Sequence record: OY253665.1
Length of the DNA stretch: 32,000 bases
Direction: 5' to 3' (one strand)
Shown here: in pieces, positions 11,196-21,047 of the stretch
Layout of the letters: every line of letters starts with the position of its first letter
Numbering within the stretch: position 1 is the first letter of the stretch
The notes under the pieces: model-generated
Seen by the model: only the letters and a program-made list of their open reading frames with translations
Database searches by the model: none
Told to the model about the DNA's origin: nothing
Made by a program: the position numbers and the translations under genes

Positions 11196-12671
11196 ATGTC
11201 ATTACTTTATTGGATTATTCTCCTACCTATCCTAGGGTCTGGAGTTCTCTTCTTCCTTCCAAGTTGGGATCGACGCCACATTCTAACCATAGCATTACTA
11301 TTCTCATCGGTAACATTCCTGTTATCGATCATGTTATGGGTGCTATTCGACAGTTCGACGGCCAAATTTCAATTTACGGTTGATCTGCTTCCATTTACCC
11401 CGGAATCCTCTTCCCTGTATTTTCTTGTAGGTGTTGATGGGATTTCGTTATTTTTTGTCATTTTGACGGCTTTTTTAATTCCAATTTGCATTCTTGTTGG
11501 ATGGGTAAGTATTCAGACATCGGTGAAGGGGTATTGTATTGCTTTTTTACTTTTGGAGAGTCTGGTTATTTTAGCATTTTCTGTTCTTGACTTACTTTTA
11601 TTTTACATTTTCTTCGAAAGTGTATTAATTCCAATGTTTTGTATTATCGGGGTTTGGGGGTCGCGTGAACGAAAAATTCGTGCAGCATTTCAATTCTTTC
11701 TATACACATTAGTAGGGTCCTTATTTATGTTATTAGCTGTTCTATTGATGTATAGCGAAGCTGGATCTACGGATTTACAAATTTTATATGCAACACCATG
11801 GAGTGAGTCACGTCAATTAATTTTATGGTTTGCGTTTTTCGCAAGTTTTGCCGTAAAAGTTCCGATGATTCCGGTGCATATCTGGTTACCCGAAGCACAC
11901 GTTGAAGCGCCAACTGCTGGGTCGGTTATTTTAGCGGGAATTCTATTAAAATTAGGGACCTACGGTTTCCTTCGTTTTTCAATCCCAATGTTCCCAGAAG
12001 CTTCAATTTACTTTACACCCTTGGTTCAAACGATGAGTTTGATCGCCATTATTTATGGGTCGTTGACGACGCTTCGTCAGGTTGATTTAAAAAAGATCAT
12101 CGCCTACTCATCAATAGCCCACATGAATTTCGTAACCTTAGGGTTATTTAGTTTAAACGCACAAGGTATTGAAGGTGCAATTATGCTGATGCTTGCTCAC
12201 GGTTTAGTATCGCCTGCACTCTTTTTACTTGTTGGGTGCTTGTATGATCGCCATAAGACTCGATTAGTTCGTTATTATGGGGGGTGTGCACAAACAATGC
12301 CATTCTTTGCTCTATTTTTCGTCTTTTTTACAATGGCAAATATTAGTTTACCGGGAACCGCAAGCTTTGTTGGGGAATTTCTCGTATTAACTGGAGCATT
12401 CCAAAGTAATACATTTATCGCCACAGTTGCTGCATCAGGAATGGTTTTAGGTGGAGCCTACGCATTATGGTTATGTAACCGTATTGTCTACGGATTTCCG
12501 AAACCGTACTATATCGCTGCATTTAGCGATTTATCACGCCGTGAATTTTTCATTTTAATCCCATTCTGTGTGGGTGTTTTTTTCATGGGTGTAGCCCCTG
12601 AACCATTTTTAGAGGTTATGCGTTGTTCTGTAACAAATGTGTTAACACAGGCAACTTTGTTCCCTCGTTAA
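11196..12671 (+). CDS. nad4: NADH dehydrogenase subunit 4
   Basis: HIWLPEAHVEAPTAGSVILAGILLKLGTYG, and 491 aa with a polytopic membrane profile. Confidence 0.97.
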   Translation: MSLLYWIILLPILGSGVLFFLPSWDRRHILTIALLFSSVTFLLSIMLWVLFDSSTAKFQFTVDLLPFTPESSSLYFLVGVDGISLFFVILTAFLIPICILVGWVSIQTSVKGYCIAFLLLESLVILAFSVLDLLLFYIFFESVLIPMFCIIGVWGSRERKIRAAFQFFLYTLVGSLFMLLAVLLMYSEAGSTDLQILYATPWSESRQLILWFAFFASFAVKVPMIPVHIWLPEAHVEAPTAGSVILAGILLKLGTYGFLRFSIPMFPEASIYFTPLVQTMSLIAIIYGSLTTLRQVDLKKIIAYSSIAHMNFVTLGLFSLNAQGIEGAIMLMLAHGLVSPALFLLVGCLYDRHKTRLVRYYGGCAQTMPFFALFFVFFTMANISLPGTASFVGEFLVLTGAFQSNTFIATVAASGMVLGGAYALWLCNRIVYGFPKPYYIAAFSDLSRREFFILIPFCVGVFFMGVAPEPFLEVMRCSVTNVLTQATLFPR

Positions 12672-12683
12672 TTTTTTTTTTAC

Positions 12684-12738
12684 GATCTATGTTGTGTAGA
12701 GCTTTATTTTTTAGATTCTGCTCTACACAACATAGATC
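12684..12738. repeat. 19-bp perfect stem-loop in the nad4-rps12 spacer
   Basis: gatctatgttgtgtagagc pairs with gctctacacaacatagatc. 17-nt loop. Confidence 0.95.
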
Positions 12739-12761
12739 ACTTTTTAGTTATTTTATATACT

Positions 12762-13148
12762 ATGCCTACTACACAACAACTTTTACGTTTAAAAAACAGT
12801 CGTCGTACATCAAAAATGTTTAAAGCGTCGACGAAGACGCCTGCTCTAAACAGCTGTCCTCAAAAACGTGGTGTATGCTTACGCGTGTTTACACGTACTC
12901 CAAAAAAACCAAACTCTGCATTACGAAAAGTTGCAAAGGTACGCCTTTCAAACGGTCTGGATGTTACTGCGTATATTCCAGGAGAGGGTCATAGTTTACA
13001 GGAACACTCTGTAGTTTTGGTTCGTGGTGGTCGTGTAAAGGATTTACCGGGAGTAAAGTATCATATTATTCGCGGTGTCTTGGATACGCAAGCAGTGGTG
13101 AATCGCCGCCAAGGGCGTTCAAAATATGGAACTCGAAAAAATAAATAA
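12762..13148 (+). CDS. rps12: ribosomal protein S12
   Basis: [46 protein letters not shown]. Confidence 0.97.
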   Translation: MPTTQQLLRLKNSRRTSKMFKASTKTPALNSCPQKRGVCLRVFTRTPKKPNSALRKVAKVRLSNGLDVTAYIPGEGHSLQEHSVVLVRGGRVKDLPGVKYHIIRGVLDTQAVVNRRQGRSKYGTRKNK

Positions 13149-13161
13149 TATACATTAATTT

Positions 13162-13677
13162 ATGAGACTAAAATATAATCACGATAAAGCATTATATTGG
13201 GTTCATGCAGATCAAACTGGGCAGATTTCAGTGTTTCAAAAATTGATTCATGGGTTGATGAAGCACGGGAAAAAGCAGAAAGCGTTTGCTTTATTGTCTA
13301 AGGCAATTCAGATCGCTCAGCAAAAACTGGAAATCCACGCGGATAAAAATAACGTTGCTGTTCATGATTTTGAATTTGTTGCGCAGTCTGTTGAGAATGT
13401 ACGACCAAGTATTGAAGTTCGTTCAAAAAAAATTGCCGGAATTTCACGTGAAATTCCGTGTTTAGTGCCTGTAGGTCGTGGTCAAGGCCTTGCGATTCGA
13501 TGGATTATCGAGGCTGCTCGTTCTCGTAAAAAAACCGGGAACCGCGGGTTTGCTGATAATTTATCTGAGGAATTGCTCGATGCATATTTACAGCGAGGGG
13601 CGCCGTGTCAAAAGCGAGATAACTTACATAAAACTGCAACAACAAATCGTGCCTATCTACGTTATCGTTGGTGGTAA
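13162..13677 (+). CDS. rps7: ribosomal protein S7
   Basis: Follows rps12 as in the str operon. GKKQKA, VRPSIEVRSKKIAG, and a C-terminus of the ...AYLRYRWW type. Confidence 0.9.
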   Translation: MRLKYNHDKALYWVHADQTGQISVFQKLIHGLMKHGKKQKAFALLSKAIQIAQQKLEIHADKNNVAVHDFEFVAQSVENVRPSIEVRSKKIAGISREIPCLVPVGRGQGLAIRWIIEAARSRKKTGNRGFADNLSEELLDAYLQRGAPCQKRDNLHKTATTNRAYLRYRWW

Positions 13678-13859
13678 CTGCTGATATGGGGGTTTGATTT
13701 TATTATACAAGGTAAATATCAATATATGTTTTTACTATATTGGTCTATTTTAAATGATATTATGGGGCACATACCCCATATATTACTAAAAGAATAATGG
13801 TTGATCTTGTTTTGAGATCCAGGCCGTTATTTTGTTTTTCAAGAAAAATAAAAAACACT

Positions 13860-14639
13860 ATGCGTTTTCTTCTTGGGTTTTTATTTTGGAGTGTTCCCAC
13901 AATCTCATTCTTGGATGCTCCCGAGGCTTGGCAGATTGGATTTCAAGATCCAGCGACACCTGTAATGCAAGGAATTATTGATCTTCACCATGATATTTTT
14001 TTCTTTATTGTGGCGATTGTTCTTTTTGTTACTTGGATGCTAGGTCGAACTCTTTATCATTTTAATGCGAAACGTAACCCAATTCCAGAAAAAATTGTGC
14101 ATGGAACAGCGATTGAAATTGCTTGGACAGTTGCTCCAAGTTTGATTTTAGTGTGTATCGCAATTCCATCGTTTGCATTGTTATACAGTATGGATGAAAT
14201 TGTTGATCCAGCTGTGACAGTGAAAGCGATTGGGCACCAATGGTACTGGAGTTACGAGTACAGTGACTATAATACATCGGATGAACCAGCAGTAGCTTTT
14301 GATAGTTACATGATTCCTGAAGATGATTTAGAACCTGGACAGCTTCGCCTTTTAGAGGTTGATAACCGTGTTGTAGTTCCTGTAAATACTCATCTTCGTT
14401 TTATTGTAACTGCAGCTGACGTAATTCACAGTTGGGCTGTGCCTTCATTAGGGATTAAATGTGATGCTGTTCCTGGTCGTTTGAACCAAGTTCCAGCATT
14501 TATTCAACGTGAAGGTGTATTCTACGGGCAGTGTAGCGAAATTTGCGGAACAAACCACGCATTTATGCCAATTGTTGTAGAAGCAGTACCGTTATCAGAT
14601 TACGTTGCATGGGTTTCAAATAAAATTGAAGAAGCTTAA
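13860..14639 (+). CDS. cox2: cytochrome c oxidase subunit 2
   Basis: [27 protein letters not shown] and CuA site [13 protein letters not shown]. Start is either 13860 (preferred) or 13797 (the tracked ORF). Confidence 0.97.
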   Translation: MRFLLGFLFWSVPTISFLDAPEAWQIGFQDPATPVMQGIIDLHHDIFFFIVAIVLFVTWMLGRTLYHFNAKRNPIPEKIVHGTAIEIAWTVAPSLILVCIAIPSFALLYSMDEIVDPAVTVKAIGHQWYWSYEYSDYNTSDEPAVAFDSYMIPEDDLEPGQLRLLEVDNRVVVPVNTHLRFIVTAADVIHSWAVPSLGIKCDAVPGRLNQVPAFIQREGVFYGQCSEICGTNHAFMPIVVEAVPLSDYVAWVSNKIEEA

Positions 14640-14707
14640 AACGAAATAAATTTTAAGCTAATATCGTTCTTATATAACGATACAAACTTTAAGTCGATGA
14701 CTTAAAG
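14633..14707. repeat. three consecutive stem-loops filling the cox2-cox3 spacer
   Basis: 14633-14659: agcttaaaa/ttttaagct, which includes the cox2 TAA. 14662-14682: tatcgtt/aacgata. 14687-14707: ctttaagtc-gat-gacttaaag. Confidence 0.9.
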
Positions 14708-14728
14708 ATAGATTAAATAAAATAGTCT

Positions 14729-15523
14729 ATGAGTTTACAAAGACACCCTTATCACTTGGTTGACCCGAGTCCGTGGCCTTTTGTTGCATCACTTGCAGCG
14801 TTGGTAACAACGTTTGGTGGTGTAATGTATATGCATGGGTATGACGGAGGAGACGTTGTACTTCCTTTCGGAATTTCCATGGTTTTATATATAATGTTTG
14901 TTTGGTGGCGCGATGTTGTACGTGAAGGGACATTTGAAGGGCATCACACTGCCGTTGTTCAGCAAGGACTACGCTATGGTATGCTTCTTTTCATTTTATC
15001 AGAAATTATGTTCTTCGTGGCATTTTTCTGGGGATTCTTTCACTCAAGTTTATCACCAACAATTGAAATTGGAGCCGTATGGCCTCCACAAGGTATTCAA
15101 GTGTTGAACCCTTGGGAGATTCCGTTTTTAAACACAGTTATCCTTTTAACATCTGGGGCTTCTGTAACTTGGGCGCACCATGCTATTTTAGCCGGATACC
15201 GTAAACAAGCAATTGCTGCATTAACAGTAACTGTAGCGCTTGCCGCTGTTTTTACTGGATTCCAGACATATGAATATTTTGAGGCTCCTTTTGATATTTC
15301 TGATGGGATTTACGGATCAACATTCTTTATGGCAACTGGATTCCACGGATTCCACGTTATCATTGGAACAATTTTTCTTACAGTATGTTTGGTTCGTTTA
15401 ATTCGTTTCCATTTCACAAAACAACACCATTTCGGGTTCGAAGCTGCGGCTTGGTACTGGCATATGGTTGATGTTGTGTGGCTTTTCCTTTTCGTATCAA
15501 TTTACTACTGGGGAGGGGCTTAA
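14729..15523 (+). CDS. cox3: cytochrome c oxidase subunit 3
   Basis: [36 protein letters not shown]. Confidence 0.98.
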   Translation: MSLQRHPYHLVDPSPWPFVASLAALVTTFGGVMYMHGYDGGDVVLPFGISMVLYIMFVWWRDVVREGTFEGHHTAVVQQGLRYGMLLFILSEIMFFVAFFWGFFHSSLSPTIEIGAVWPPQGIQVLNPWEIPFLNTVILLTSGASVTWAHHAILAGYRKQAIAALTVTVALAAVFTGFQTYEYFEAPFDISDGIYGSTFFMATGFHGFHVIIGTIFLTVCLVRLIRFHFTKQHHFGFEAAAWYWHMVDVVWLFLFVSIYYWGGA

Positions 15524-15647
15524 TGGTCCCGAATCAATTCCTTTGGATTAAGGAGTTTTAGAGATTTTACATTACATTTACATAGAGGCTTTGTGGTGAT
15601 ATTATAGTCCCGTAAGGTCTCTTTATACGATGGTAAATTTCCCTTTT

Positions 15648-15675
15648 TTTTAAGTAAAGGTTTCTTTACTTAAAA
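15648..15675. repeat. 12-bp perfect stem-loop upstream of atp6
   Basis: ttttaagtaaag-gttt-ctttacttaaaa. Confidence 0.9.
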
Positions 15676-15692
15676 TCTATATACGTTATTTT

Positions 15693-16442
15693 ATGATTTC
15701 GACACCTCTGGAACAATTTTCAATTATTAACATCGTTCCACTCCACATCGGTAATGTGTATTTCTCATTTACAAATTCGTCGCTTTACATGTTTTTAGCG
15801 ACTGGACTGGTGAGTTTATTGTGTTATCTTGTGACGATTCACGGCGGGTACCTTGTACCTTCACGTTGGCAATCAATTGTGGAAATGATTTTTCAATTTG
15901 TAAGAAGTTTAGTGGAGGAGCAAATTGGCCCTCATGGTCGTAAATACTTTCCATTAGTATTTACGACGTTCTTATTCCTATTAAGTGCGAACCTTATCGG
16001 GATGATTCCTTATAGTTTCACAGCGACAAGTCATTTAGTTGTAACATTCGGGTTATCGTTATCCCTATTCGTTGGAATTACGATTGTTGGATTCCAGCAC
16101 CATGGATTGCACTTTTTTAGCTTTTTATTACCAAAAGGTGCACCACTAATTTTGGCACCACTTTTAGTCGTCCTTGAATTAGTATCGTATTGTTTCCGTG
16201 CAGTAAGTCTTGGTGTTCGATTATTCGCGAATATGATGGCAGGGCATACTCTTGTAAAAATTATTAGTAGCTTCGCTTGGTCAATGCTTTCAGTAGGTGG
16301 AATTCTTGCTGTGGCGTCCGTTATTCCAGTTATCATTGTTTTTGCATTAACTGGGTTAGAAATTGGAGTGGCCTGCTTACAAGCTTATGTTTTTACAATT
16401 CTTGTATGTATTTACTTAAATGATGCAATTCACCTGCACTAA
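15693..16442 (+). CDS. atp6: ATP synthase F0 subunit a
   Basis: N-terminus STPLEQF and LGVRLFANMMAGH. Confidence 0.97.
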   Translation: MISTPLEQFSIINIVPLHIGNVYFSFTNSSLYMFLATGLVSLLCYLVTIHGGYLVPSRWQSIVEMIFQFVRSLVEEQIGPHGRKYFPLVFTTFLFLLSANLIGMIPYSFTATSHLVVTFGLSLSLFVGITIVGFQHHGLHFFSFLLPKGAPLILAPLLVVLELVSYCFRAVSLGVRLFANMMAGHTLVKIISSFAWSMLSVGGILAVASVIPVIIVFALTGLEIGVACLQAYVFTILVCIYLNDAIHLH

Positions 16443-16454
16443 TTTTTCTTTTAC

Positions 16455-16497
16455 TTTGGGATGTTGAGCGTCACTTTGGCGCACACGATATCCCAAA
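16455..16497. repeat. 8-bp stem with 27-nt loop in the atp6-cob spacer
   Basis: tttgggat pairs with atcccaaa. Confidence 0.7.
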
Positions 16498-16547
16498 AAC
16501 TTTCCTTTTTAGGAATTTTACTTCAAATACATACAAAAGTTTTATAT

Positions 16548-17750
16548 ATGAAACGCGTTTCTATTTTAAAGCAACCTCTATTATCAACTGTTAACGAGCA
16601 TTTAGTTGATTACCCATCACCGAGTAATTTAAATTATTACTGGGGGTATGGAAGTTTGGCTGGTCTATGTTTAATGGTGCAGATCGCAACTGGGGTTTTC
16701 CTAGCTATGCACTACACACCACACGTAGATTTAGCTTTTTTAAGTGTTGAGCACATTATGCGTGATGTTGAGGGAGGGTGGTTATTACGTTACACTCATG
16801 CAAATGGGGCAAGTATGTTTTTCATGGTTGTATATGTTCACATGTTTCGTGGATTATATTATGGAAGTTATGCAAGTCCACGTGAATTTCTGTGGTGTAT
16901 TGGAGTAATTATTCTTTTACTTATGATTATTACTGCATTTATCGGGTATGTTTTACCTTGGGGGCAGATGAGTTTTTGGGGTGCAACAGTAATTACAAGT
17001 TTAGCCAGTGCGATCCCTGTTGTTGGGGATACAATTGTAACGTGGTTATGGGGTGGTTTCTCAGTTGATAATGCAACATTAAACCGCTTTTATAGTTTAC
17101 ACTACCTATTACCATTTATTATTACTGGTGCTTCGATTGTACATATCGCTGCATTACACCAATATGGTTCAAATAACCCACTTGGTACAAATTCGTCAGT
17201 AGATAAGGTAACTTTTTACCCTTATTTCTACGTTAAGGATTTAGTTGGATGGATGGCTTTTGCTGTCGTGTTTTCAATCTTTGTATTCTTTTACCCGAAT
17301 GCGATGGGGCACCCAGATAACTATATTCCAGCAAACCCAATGTCAACACCTGCTCATATTGTACCTGAGTGGTATTTCTTATGGGTTTACGCTATTTTAC
17401 GTAGTATTCCAAGTAAACTTGGAGGGGTTGCAGCAATTGCTCTAGTGTTTATTTCACTCTTAGCATTACCGTTTGTTAATTCTTCACAAGTACGAAGTTC
17501 AGCATTTCGCCCATTACACAAAAAAGTGTTTTGGTTACTTGTTGCTGACTGTATTATTTTAGTTTGGATCGGGCAAGAGCCAGTTGAAGACCCTTATATT
17601 TTAATTGGGCAACTTGCATCTGTGTACTTCTTTGTATACTTCTTAATTTTTATGCTATTCCTTGGTAAACTTGAGTCGTTCTTGATTCATTACAAAAATG
17701 ACGAAGCAGGTGAAGTTGCGCCGCACCAAACTCTTCCTGCGGCACGATAA
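16548..17750 (+). CDS. cob: apocytochrome b
   Basis: [42 protein letters not shown] at 16548. The upstream 29 codons of the tracked ORF are unlikely to be coding. Confidence 0.98.
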   Translation: MKRVSILKQPLLSTVNEHLVDYPSPSNLNYYWGYGSLAGLCLMVQIATGVFLAMHYTPHVDLAFLSVEHIMRDVEGGWLLRYTHANGASMFFMVVYVHMFRGLYYGSYASPREFLWCIGVIILLLMIITAFIGYVLPWGQMSFWGATVITSLASAIPVVGDTIVTWLWGGFSVDNATLNRFYSLHYLLPFIITGASIVHIAALHQYGSNNPLGTNSSVDKVTFYPYFYVKDLVGWMAFAVVFSIFVFFYPNAMGHPDNYIPANPMSTPAHIVPEWYFLWVYAILRSIPSKLGGVAAIALVFISLLALPFVNSSQVRSSAFRPLHKKVFWLLVADCIILVWIGQEPVEDPYILIGQLASVYFFVYFLIFMLFLGKLESFLIHYKNDEAGEVAPHQTLPAAR

Positions 17751-17775
17751 TTATATAACTATATAATTATCGTGC
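17742..17775. repeat. 15-bp perfect stem-loop containing the cob stop codon
   Basis: gcacgataattatat-aact-atataattatcgtgc. The TAA is at 17748-17750. Confidence 0.95.
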
Positions 17776-17820
17776 AACATAGCATACTTCAAAAAAGTTA
17801 TATTCTATATTTCAGAAAAT

Positions 17821-17901
17821 ATATGGTACCACAACCACATCCGGTATAAAGAGGTCATTTTTCTTCGCCTCTTTATACACTTGAGGATGAGGCAACCATA
17901 T
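17821..17901. repeat. compound ~80-nt stem-loop in the cob-trnD spacer
   Basis: Nested pairings: atatggt/accatat (outer), catcc/ggatg (middle), gtataaagagg/cctctttatac (inner, 11 bp). Confidence 0.8.
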
Positions 17902-17935
17902 GCATAGAATACATAAATAGCTCTGTGCGCGTATT

Positions 17936-18009
17936 GAGGACGTAGCTCAGGTGGTTAGAGTATTGGCCTGTCACGCCAAAAGTCGCGGGTTCAAGTCCCG
18001 TCGCTCTCG
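17936..18009 (+). tRNA. trnD(guc): tRNA-Asp (GUC)
   Basis: Acceptor gaggacg/cgctctc with an A5-C68 mismatch. Anticodon stem ttggc/gccaa with loop ctgtcac. T-arm gcggg-ttcaagt-cccgt. Confidence 0.85.
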
Positions 18010-18090
18010 TAGAGTAAAGTTTTCTGAAGTTGAAGTGCTTTTGACATATACTTTTCGGTTAAACCGAAAGTAAAAAATATAAATACACCT

Positions 18091-18444
18091 ATGGTTGAAT
18101 ATATTGGTATTTTAGTCTATTTTGGTATCGCTTCCCTATTAGCGTTAGCTTTACTAATTCTACCGTTTTTGACTGCAACACGTCGAGTTGATCCTGAAAA
18201 GATTTCTGCATATGAATGTGGGTTTGACCCTTTTGATGATGCTCGAGGACGATTTGATATTCAATTTTATTTAGTTGCCATTTTATTCATTATTTTTGAC
18301 TTGGAGGTAACATTTTTATTTCCATGGGCAGTTGTGCTAAACAAAGTTGGTCATTTCGGGTTTTGGTCAATGATAGTTTTCTTAATTATTCTTACGATTG
18401 GTTTCGTGTACGAATGGCGTAAAGGAGCGTTAGATTGGAGTTAA
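18091..18444 (+). CDS. nad3: NADH dehydrogenase subunit 3
   Basis: [25 protein letters not shown]. Confidence 0.96.
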   Translation: MVEYIGILVYFGIASLLALALLILPFLTATRRVDPEKISAYECGFDPFDDARGRFDIQFYLVAILFIIFDLEVTFLFPWAVVLNKVGHFGFWSMIVFLIILTIGFVYEWRKGALDWS

Positions 18445-18553
18445 AAACTTACCAATCGATCAACCCTTACGAAAAACAATCCAAAATTTTTTTAATAACT
18501 GACGATTTCGGCCTTGTGTTGACTCGTCAATGTTTCCGTTAAGTCTGTATTAA

Positions 18554-18793
<240 letters not shown>

Positions 18794-18859
18794 TTTAAAC
18801 ATCAAAGATGATGTTTATTTTTGGTATTAACCAAAAGGTGAGATTACTCGTATATAGGT

Positions 18860-18891
18860 GAAAGTTTCAGTTTTTTCAAACTGAAACTTTC
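18860..18891. repeat. 14-bp perfect stem-loop in the atp9-rps2 spacer
   Basis: gaaagtttcagttt-tttc-aaactgaaactttc. Confidence 0.95.
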
Positions 18892-18922
18892 CAACCAAAA
18901 ATAAGAGGTCTTGTCGCTATTT

Positions 18923-19768
18923 ATGTACTTTCTAATATACATGACACAATACAAACATATACAGAAGTCAAAACTTACTCTGAATCAAACTAAAAAAATG
19001 AAACGAATCGAGGAGCGTCTTGCGAAAATGATTCAAATGAAAACGCAAATGGGTCATAAATCCTTGAGCTTTTTTGGTAACCGACTATGGCATCCAGAAA
19101 TGCCGAAGTCCTTTTTAGGTATTCGAAATGGTGTCACAATTATTAATCCCGAAGTTACGCTTAAAGCGACTGTGGAGGGGTTATATTTTGCCTCACTTAT
19201 TTTACGCAATAAGGGTCGTTTACTTTTAGTCGATTCACGCCATGAATTTTCACCCTTTAGTCATCTTGCCGCAAAATATGCTGACAAGCTTGACCCAGCA
19301 ATCGCAATCGCCGGAAATCGCTGGATTGGGGGGACGTTAACAAATTGGTCATCGATTTCGACGCATGTTTCGCAATTTGGGCTTATTACATCGATGTTTA
19401 AGCCGTTTGTGGGTAGTTTTCGAGTAACATCCCCGCGCTATAAAAAAATGAAGGACTCGTTTCCTGGATTTTTAACCGTGTCAACCGCTCAACATTTACA
19501 GCATTTGTATGGTGAGTCAAAACCTCAGTTAAAGTTCCGTCAACGCCCCGATCTACTTATTGTATGCCGACCTCAGGAAAATTTTCTTTTATTATGTGAA
19601 GCGTTTCGTCTTCAAATTCCTGTTTTAGCTTTTGTAGATTCCAATGCACCATTGGATTATATTACATACCCTATTCCTGTAAATACAGAGAATCACGAGT
19701 GGATGTATTACTCATTAAATCTTTTATCACGACTGGCTCAAAAGTTCCACAAGTCGGATAAAACCTAA
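18923..19768 (+). CDS. rps2: ribosomal protein S2
   Basis: MIQMKTQMGHKS...RLWHPEM (compare LLeAGvHFGHq..rWnPkM), GRLLLVDSR, and IPVLAFVDSN near the C-terminus. Start is uncertain: ATGs at 18923, 18941 and 18998, while the tracked ORF uses TTG at 18911. Confidence 0.85.
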   Translation: MYFLIYMTQYKHIQKSKLTLNQTKKMKRIEERLAKMIQMKTQMGHKSLSFFGNRLWHPEMPKSFLGIRNGVTIINPEVTLKATVEGLYFASLILRNKGRLLLVDSRHEFSPFSHLAAKYADKLDPAIAIAGNRWIGGTLTNWSSISTHVSQFGLITSMFKPFVGSFRVTSPRYKKMKDSFPGFLTVSTAQHLQHLYGESKPQLKFRQRPDLLIVCRPQENFLLLCEAFRLQIPVLAFVDSNAPLDYITYPIPVNTENHEWMYYSLNLLSRLAQKFHKSDKT

Positions 19769-19785
19769 TATTATCTAACTAACAT

Positions 19786-20334
19786 ATGACACGTTTTTCT
19801 GCATATTATGAACACATTGTGTGTCCTGATCTTATCTTGAAATTACCAATTTCAAATATTAACGAGCTTCCGAAATTTGATAAACTTGTATTACACTCAA
19901 GTTCATCTGATATTGTTCAAGATAAAAAACAAGCGTTACCTGTCCTGATGGCGTTCGAATACCTGACGGGCCAAAAAGTAACCCTTACGTGGTCTCGTAA
20001 ATCTGTGGCGGCGTTTCGTTTGCGTAAAAATTCTGTCATTGGGTGTTGTGTTACACTTCGAAAAAATGTACTTTTTAAATTCTTTGAAAAGTACACTTTG
20101 TTTTATTTGCCTCGCTTATATGATTGGCAAATCTTAAATGCGTCCGAAAAAGCCAAATTTATGGAAATTAATCGCGGATATCGTGATCCATTTCTATTTT
20201 TTGAATTGGAGCCGCTGGCGGATGTCTTTCAAGGATTTCGCGGGTTTCAGTTAAATTGGAATATAAAGGCAGTAAAAACGTTACCTTTAAAAAAGGTGCG
20301 ATATCTTCTTTTTAGCGCATTTCAAGGAATTTAA
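19786..20334 (+). CDS. rpl5: ribosomal protein L5
   Basis: LPKFDKLVLHS, LTGQKVTLTWSRKSVAAFRLRKNSVIGCCVTLRKNVLFKFFEK matches the L5 core. Confidence 0.87.
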   Translation: MTRFSAYYEHIVCPDLILKLPISNINELPKFDKLVLHSSSSDIVQDKKQALPVLMAFEYLTGQKVTLTWSRKSVAAFRLRKNSVIGCCVTLRKNVLFKFFEKYTLFYLPRLYDWQILNASEKAKFMEINRGYRDPFLFFELEPLADVFQGFRGFQLNWNIKAVKTLPLKKVRYLLFSAFQGI

Positions 20335-20390
20335 TGGTACATTTTTATAATGTATACATACTTATATACTTTCAAAAAATTTGTTTATAT

Positions 20391-21011
20391 ATGACGTGGC
20401 TCTTTTATTTATTTTCAAGTTTCGCCATTGCATCTGGAATTATGGTAATTCAATCACAAAATCCAGTGCACTCGGTGTTATTCCTAATTTTAGTCTTCTT
20501 TAACAGTGCTGGACTTTTAATTTTATTAGGTCTTGATTTTTTTGCGATGATTTTTTTAGTTGTCTACGTGGGAGCAATCGCCGTATTGTTTCTTTTCGTT
20601 GTTATGATGCTAAACATTAAGCTTGCAGAGATTTCAGAACGAAAGCTCCGTTATGTACCAATTGGGGGATTTCTAGGATTGTTATTTTTAGGTGAAATGG
20701 TTCTTATCGTAAATAATGATTTAATCCCGTGGTTAGGGTCACCTGAAATGTGGACATCCGCGCCTCAGATAAGTCCAGGTCCTTGGACTTCTTGGGCACA
20801 ATTGTTAGAAGCAGTCACACCCTTAGAAAGTATTGGTGTTTTACTCTATACTTACTACTTCTATTTTTTTATTGTTGCAAGTCTCATTCTTTTAGTCGCA
20901 ATGCTTGGTGCAATTGTTTTAACACTTCACAAAGGAGTTCATGTTAAACGACAAGAAGTGTTCGAACAGAATACTCGAGAATTTGCAAAGACTGTTACAA
21001 AAGTTTCTTAA
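20391..21011 (+). CDS. nad6: NADH dehydrogenase subunit 6
   Basis: GIMVIQSQNPVHSVLFLILVFFNSAGLLILLGLDFFAMIFLVVYVGAIAVLFLFVVMMLN. Start is 20391 (preferred) or 20334 (TAATG overlap with rpl5). Confidence 0.92.
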   Translation: MTWLFYLFSSFAIASGIMVIQSQNPVHSVLFLILVFFNSAGLLILLGLDFFAMIFLVVYVGAIAVLFLFVVMMLNIKLAEISERKLRYVPIGGFLGLLFLGEMVLIVNNDLIPWLGSPEMWTSAPQISPGPWTSWAQLLEAVTPLESIGVLLYTYYFYFFIVASLILLVAMLGAIVLTLHKGVHVKRQEVFEQNTREFAKTVTKVS

Positions 21012-21047
21012 TTTTATAATAGTTTAACTCAAAAAGTTATTTTTTGT

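Noticed and set aside
12623-12823. 66-codon ORF bridging the nad4 3' end, the 19-bp hairpin and the rps12 start.
   Set aside because: It is out of frame with both flanking genes and is composed mostly of the hairpin and spacer.
15524-15692. Possible 5S rRNA (rrn5) in the cox3-atp6 spacer, prompted by the fragments ggtcccgaatc and cgatggtaaat, which recall the 5S loop C and loop E regions.
   Set aside because: The motifs are about 100 nt apart, the wrong spacing. I could not build a helix I closing stem or a three-way junction. The region is only 169 nt. An Infernal scan with mitochondrial 5S models would settle it, and I do not call it.
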